This document shows positions 24,022-25,755 of a stretch of 25,755 bases of DNA, in pieces. The notes beneath the pieces are model-generated. The model did no database searches. It saw only the letters and a list, made by a program, of their open reading frames with translations, and was not told the origin of the DNA. The position numbers were made by a program, and so were the translations under genes. The stretch's first letter is position 1; the number at the start of each line of letters is the position of its first letter. The DNA comes from a virus (Duplodnaviria; Caudoviricetes): IMG/VR virus record IMGVR_UViG_3300009678_000128, positions 1 to 25,755 of that record; one strand, written 5' to 3'.

Positions 24022-25755
24022 GTGAATACAGAACAAGAAATACTAGGAGCGAAGAAAGGCGGTGGTGGTGGACGAGCTGCACAGGAAGCACCAAACACAC
24101 TGCGCTCAGCTGCAATCGTTCGCATCGTTGAAGTAGTCTCCGAGGGCGAGATTGTGGGTATCTGCGGAGGTGCTTCAGGCATCTACATCAATGACACCCC
24201 GCTCATTTCATCGGATGGCACTGAAAACTTTCCGCGTGCTGCGTGGGACTATCGCGTTGGCTTACCAAATCAAGACTACATGCCGGGTTATTCGAACGTT
24301 GAATCGGAAATCGTAGTCAATTCAGCAGTGCTTCAAGGCGCACCAATCACAAGAACGCTAACCGATGCACAAGCGGACGCAGCTAAGGTCACCATTCAAC
24401 TGCCCAACGGCTTGTATAGCCAAAACACAACGACTGGTGACTTGAACGGAACTTCAGTCCAATTCAATATTGAAACGAAGCTCACTGCCAGCGGATCTTG
24501 GGGCGCAGCACAGTCATTCACTATTGATGGCAAAACAACTTCTCCGTATGAAAGGCAGTACCGCATTGGCCGTCCTGCTGGAACTGGAACGTGGGACGTT
24601 CGCGTAACCCGTCTCACTGCCAACCCTACGTCTTCCGCTCTCCGCAATCAAACTACCTTTGCTCGATTGACTGAGATTCGTGAAATCAAAGACGAAACAA
24701 CGGAATACAACAACACCGCAGTTATTGGATTGGCAGTTGATGCTGAGACTGTTGGTGGCAGCGTTCCAACGCGATCATTCCTCATCAAGGGTATCAAGAT
24801 GCAGATACCCAGCAACTACAACCCAGTGACGAGAGTTTATACGGGCATTTGGAGCGGCACATTTCAAACAGCTTGGTGTGACAATCCAGCGTGGGTGCTA
24901 TATGACTTGCTCACGAATGACCGCTATGGATTGGGTGAGTTTGTTCAGCCAGCACAGGTTGATAAGTTTTCGTTCTACGATGCCTCCGTCTATAACGACG
25001 AACTGCTTCCATACACTAAGAATGGTCAAGCAGGTAGTGCGCCAAGATACACGTTCAATGCAGTAATCAACCAGCGCGAGGATGCCTATCGCTTGCTCCA
25101 AATGGTAGCTGGCTCGATGAGGGCTTCGCTAACGTATTTCAACGGATTGATTAGTTTGATGCAGGATCGTCCAACTGCGCCAGTTAAGTTAATCACGAAA
25201 GCCAATGTGGTTGATGGAATGTTCAACTACAAGAGTTCGGGCTTGTTCGAAAGGCACACAGCCTACAACATTACCTACAACGACAAATACGACAGGTACT
25301 TGCAGCGGGTTTCTACTGTTGATGCAAGCACAACCACTGGAAGCATTCATAGTGCGTTGCTCGCTGCTGAAGCCAAGTATGGCTATAACCCAATGGATAT
25401 TGCAGCGTATGGCGCTGATGACGAGCCACAGGCTATCAGACATGGACGCTGGGCACTTGATACGGAAATCAATCAAACTGAACTAGCAACTTGGAAGATG
25501 AGCCTTAACGGCTTTGATTTGATGCCCGGTGATGTGGTCAAAGTTTATGACGAGGACTACACAGCAGAAACAGGTGGTGGTCGCATTGTGAGTGTTACTG
25601 GAACCACTGTTGTTATCGACCGAAACGTTGTTCTCACTGCCGGTAGCAAGATCAGTGTGCTGCTTGCGGATGGCGATACGATTGAAGAACGAAACATTCT
25701 CCAAACAAGTGGCACTGTTTCAACTTTCACTATTACAGCCGTATTCAGCCAAAGC
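24022..25755 (+). CDS. Lambda gpJ-like central tail fibre / host specificity protein (3'-truncated)
   Basis: GGAGG RBS then GTG 24022; GAKKGGGGG..AQEAPNTLRS, SEGEIVG, IPSNYNP and AWCDNPAWVLYDLLTN.RYGLG motifs; frame appears open to the window end. Confidence 0.93.
   Translation, partial: MNTEQEILGAKKGGGGGRAAQEAPNTLRSAAIVRIVEVVSEGEIVGICGGASGIYINDTPLISSDGTENFPRAAWDYRVGLPNQDYMPGYSNVESEIVVNSAVLQGAPITRTLTDAQADAAKVTIQLPNGLYSQNTTTGDLNGTSVQFNIETKLTASGSWGAAQSFTIDGKTTSPYERQYRIGRPAGTGTWDVRVTRLTANPTSSALRNQTTFARLTEIREIKDETTEYNNTAVIGLAVDAETVGGSVPTRSFLIKGIKMQIPSNYNPVTRVYTGIWSGTFQTAWCDNPAWVLYDLLTNDRYGLGEFVQPAQVDKFSFYDASVYNDELLPYTKNGQAGSAPRYTFNAVINQREDAYRLLQMVAGSMRASLTYFNGLISLMQDRPTAPVKLITKANVVDGMFNYKSSGLFERHTAYNITYNDKYDRYLQRVSTVDASTTTGSIHSALLAAEAKYGYNPMDIAAYGADDEPQAIRHGRWALDTEINQTELATWKMSLNGFDLMPGDVVKVYDEDYTAETGGGRIVSVTGTTVVIDRNVVLTAGSKISVLLADGDTIEERNILQTSGTVSTFTITAVFSQS

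Noticed and set aside
11375-25704. Numerous short antisense or alternate-frame ORFs in the structural operon
   Set aside because: They overlap confidently assigned virion genes and show no RBS or family motifs
1-25755. Diversity-generating retroelement, intein or group I/II intron
   Set aside because: No reverse transcriptase, no adenine-specific TR/VR pair seen, and TerL, portal and capsid have normal uninterrupted lengths

Overview
The window is a segment of a temperate siphovirus genome, probably infecting a proteobacterium (inferred from the H-NS-like gene, Fis-type HTH and lambda-type tail tip). 11.2-25.7 kb is a complete-looking rightward morphogenesis operon: TerS, TerL, portal, scaffold, N4-gp56-type major capsid, FmdB-like Zn ribbon, head-tail connectors, tail tube, tail chaperones, tape measure and lambda M/L/K/I/J-like tail tip (J runs off the window). 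1-11.2 kb is accessory and control DNA: a 5'-truncated family-A-polymerase-like ORF, two structured non-coding elements, a Fis-like HTH, small peptides, a divergent sigma70 cassette, a Methyltransf_24-type methylase, a beta-class DNA methyltransferase, a tyrosine integrase, a probable attP, an H-NS-like gene and a secreted moron. Most notable: (1) a T4-late-promoter-like ATAAATA motif at most late-gene boundaries with no sigma gene in view; (2) a ~33-aa KKSD(R)E repeat array in the DNA methylase variable region; (3) a small-gene cassette strongly depleted of CC/GG and TC/GA; (4) a ~140-nt multi-hairpin element after the polymerase-like gene; (5) a +1/-2 rather than -1 tail-chaperone frameshift; (6) a gpL homologue with no cysteines. 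All calls come from reading motifs by eye; no database searches were run.
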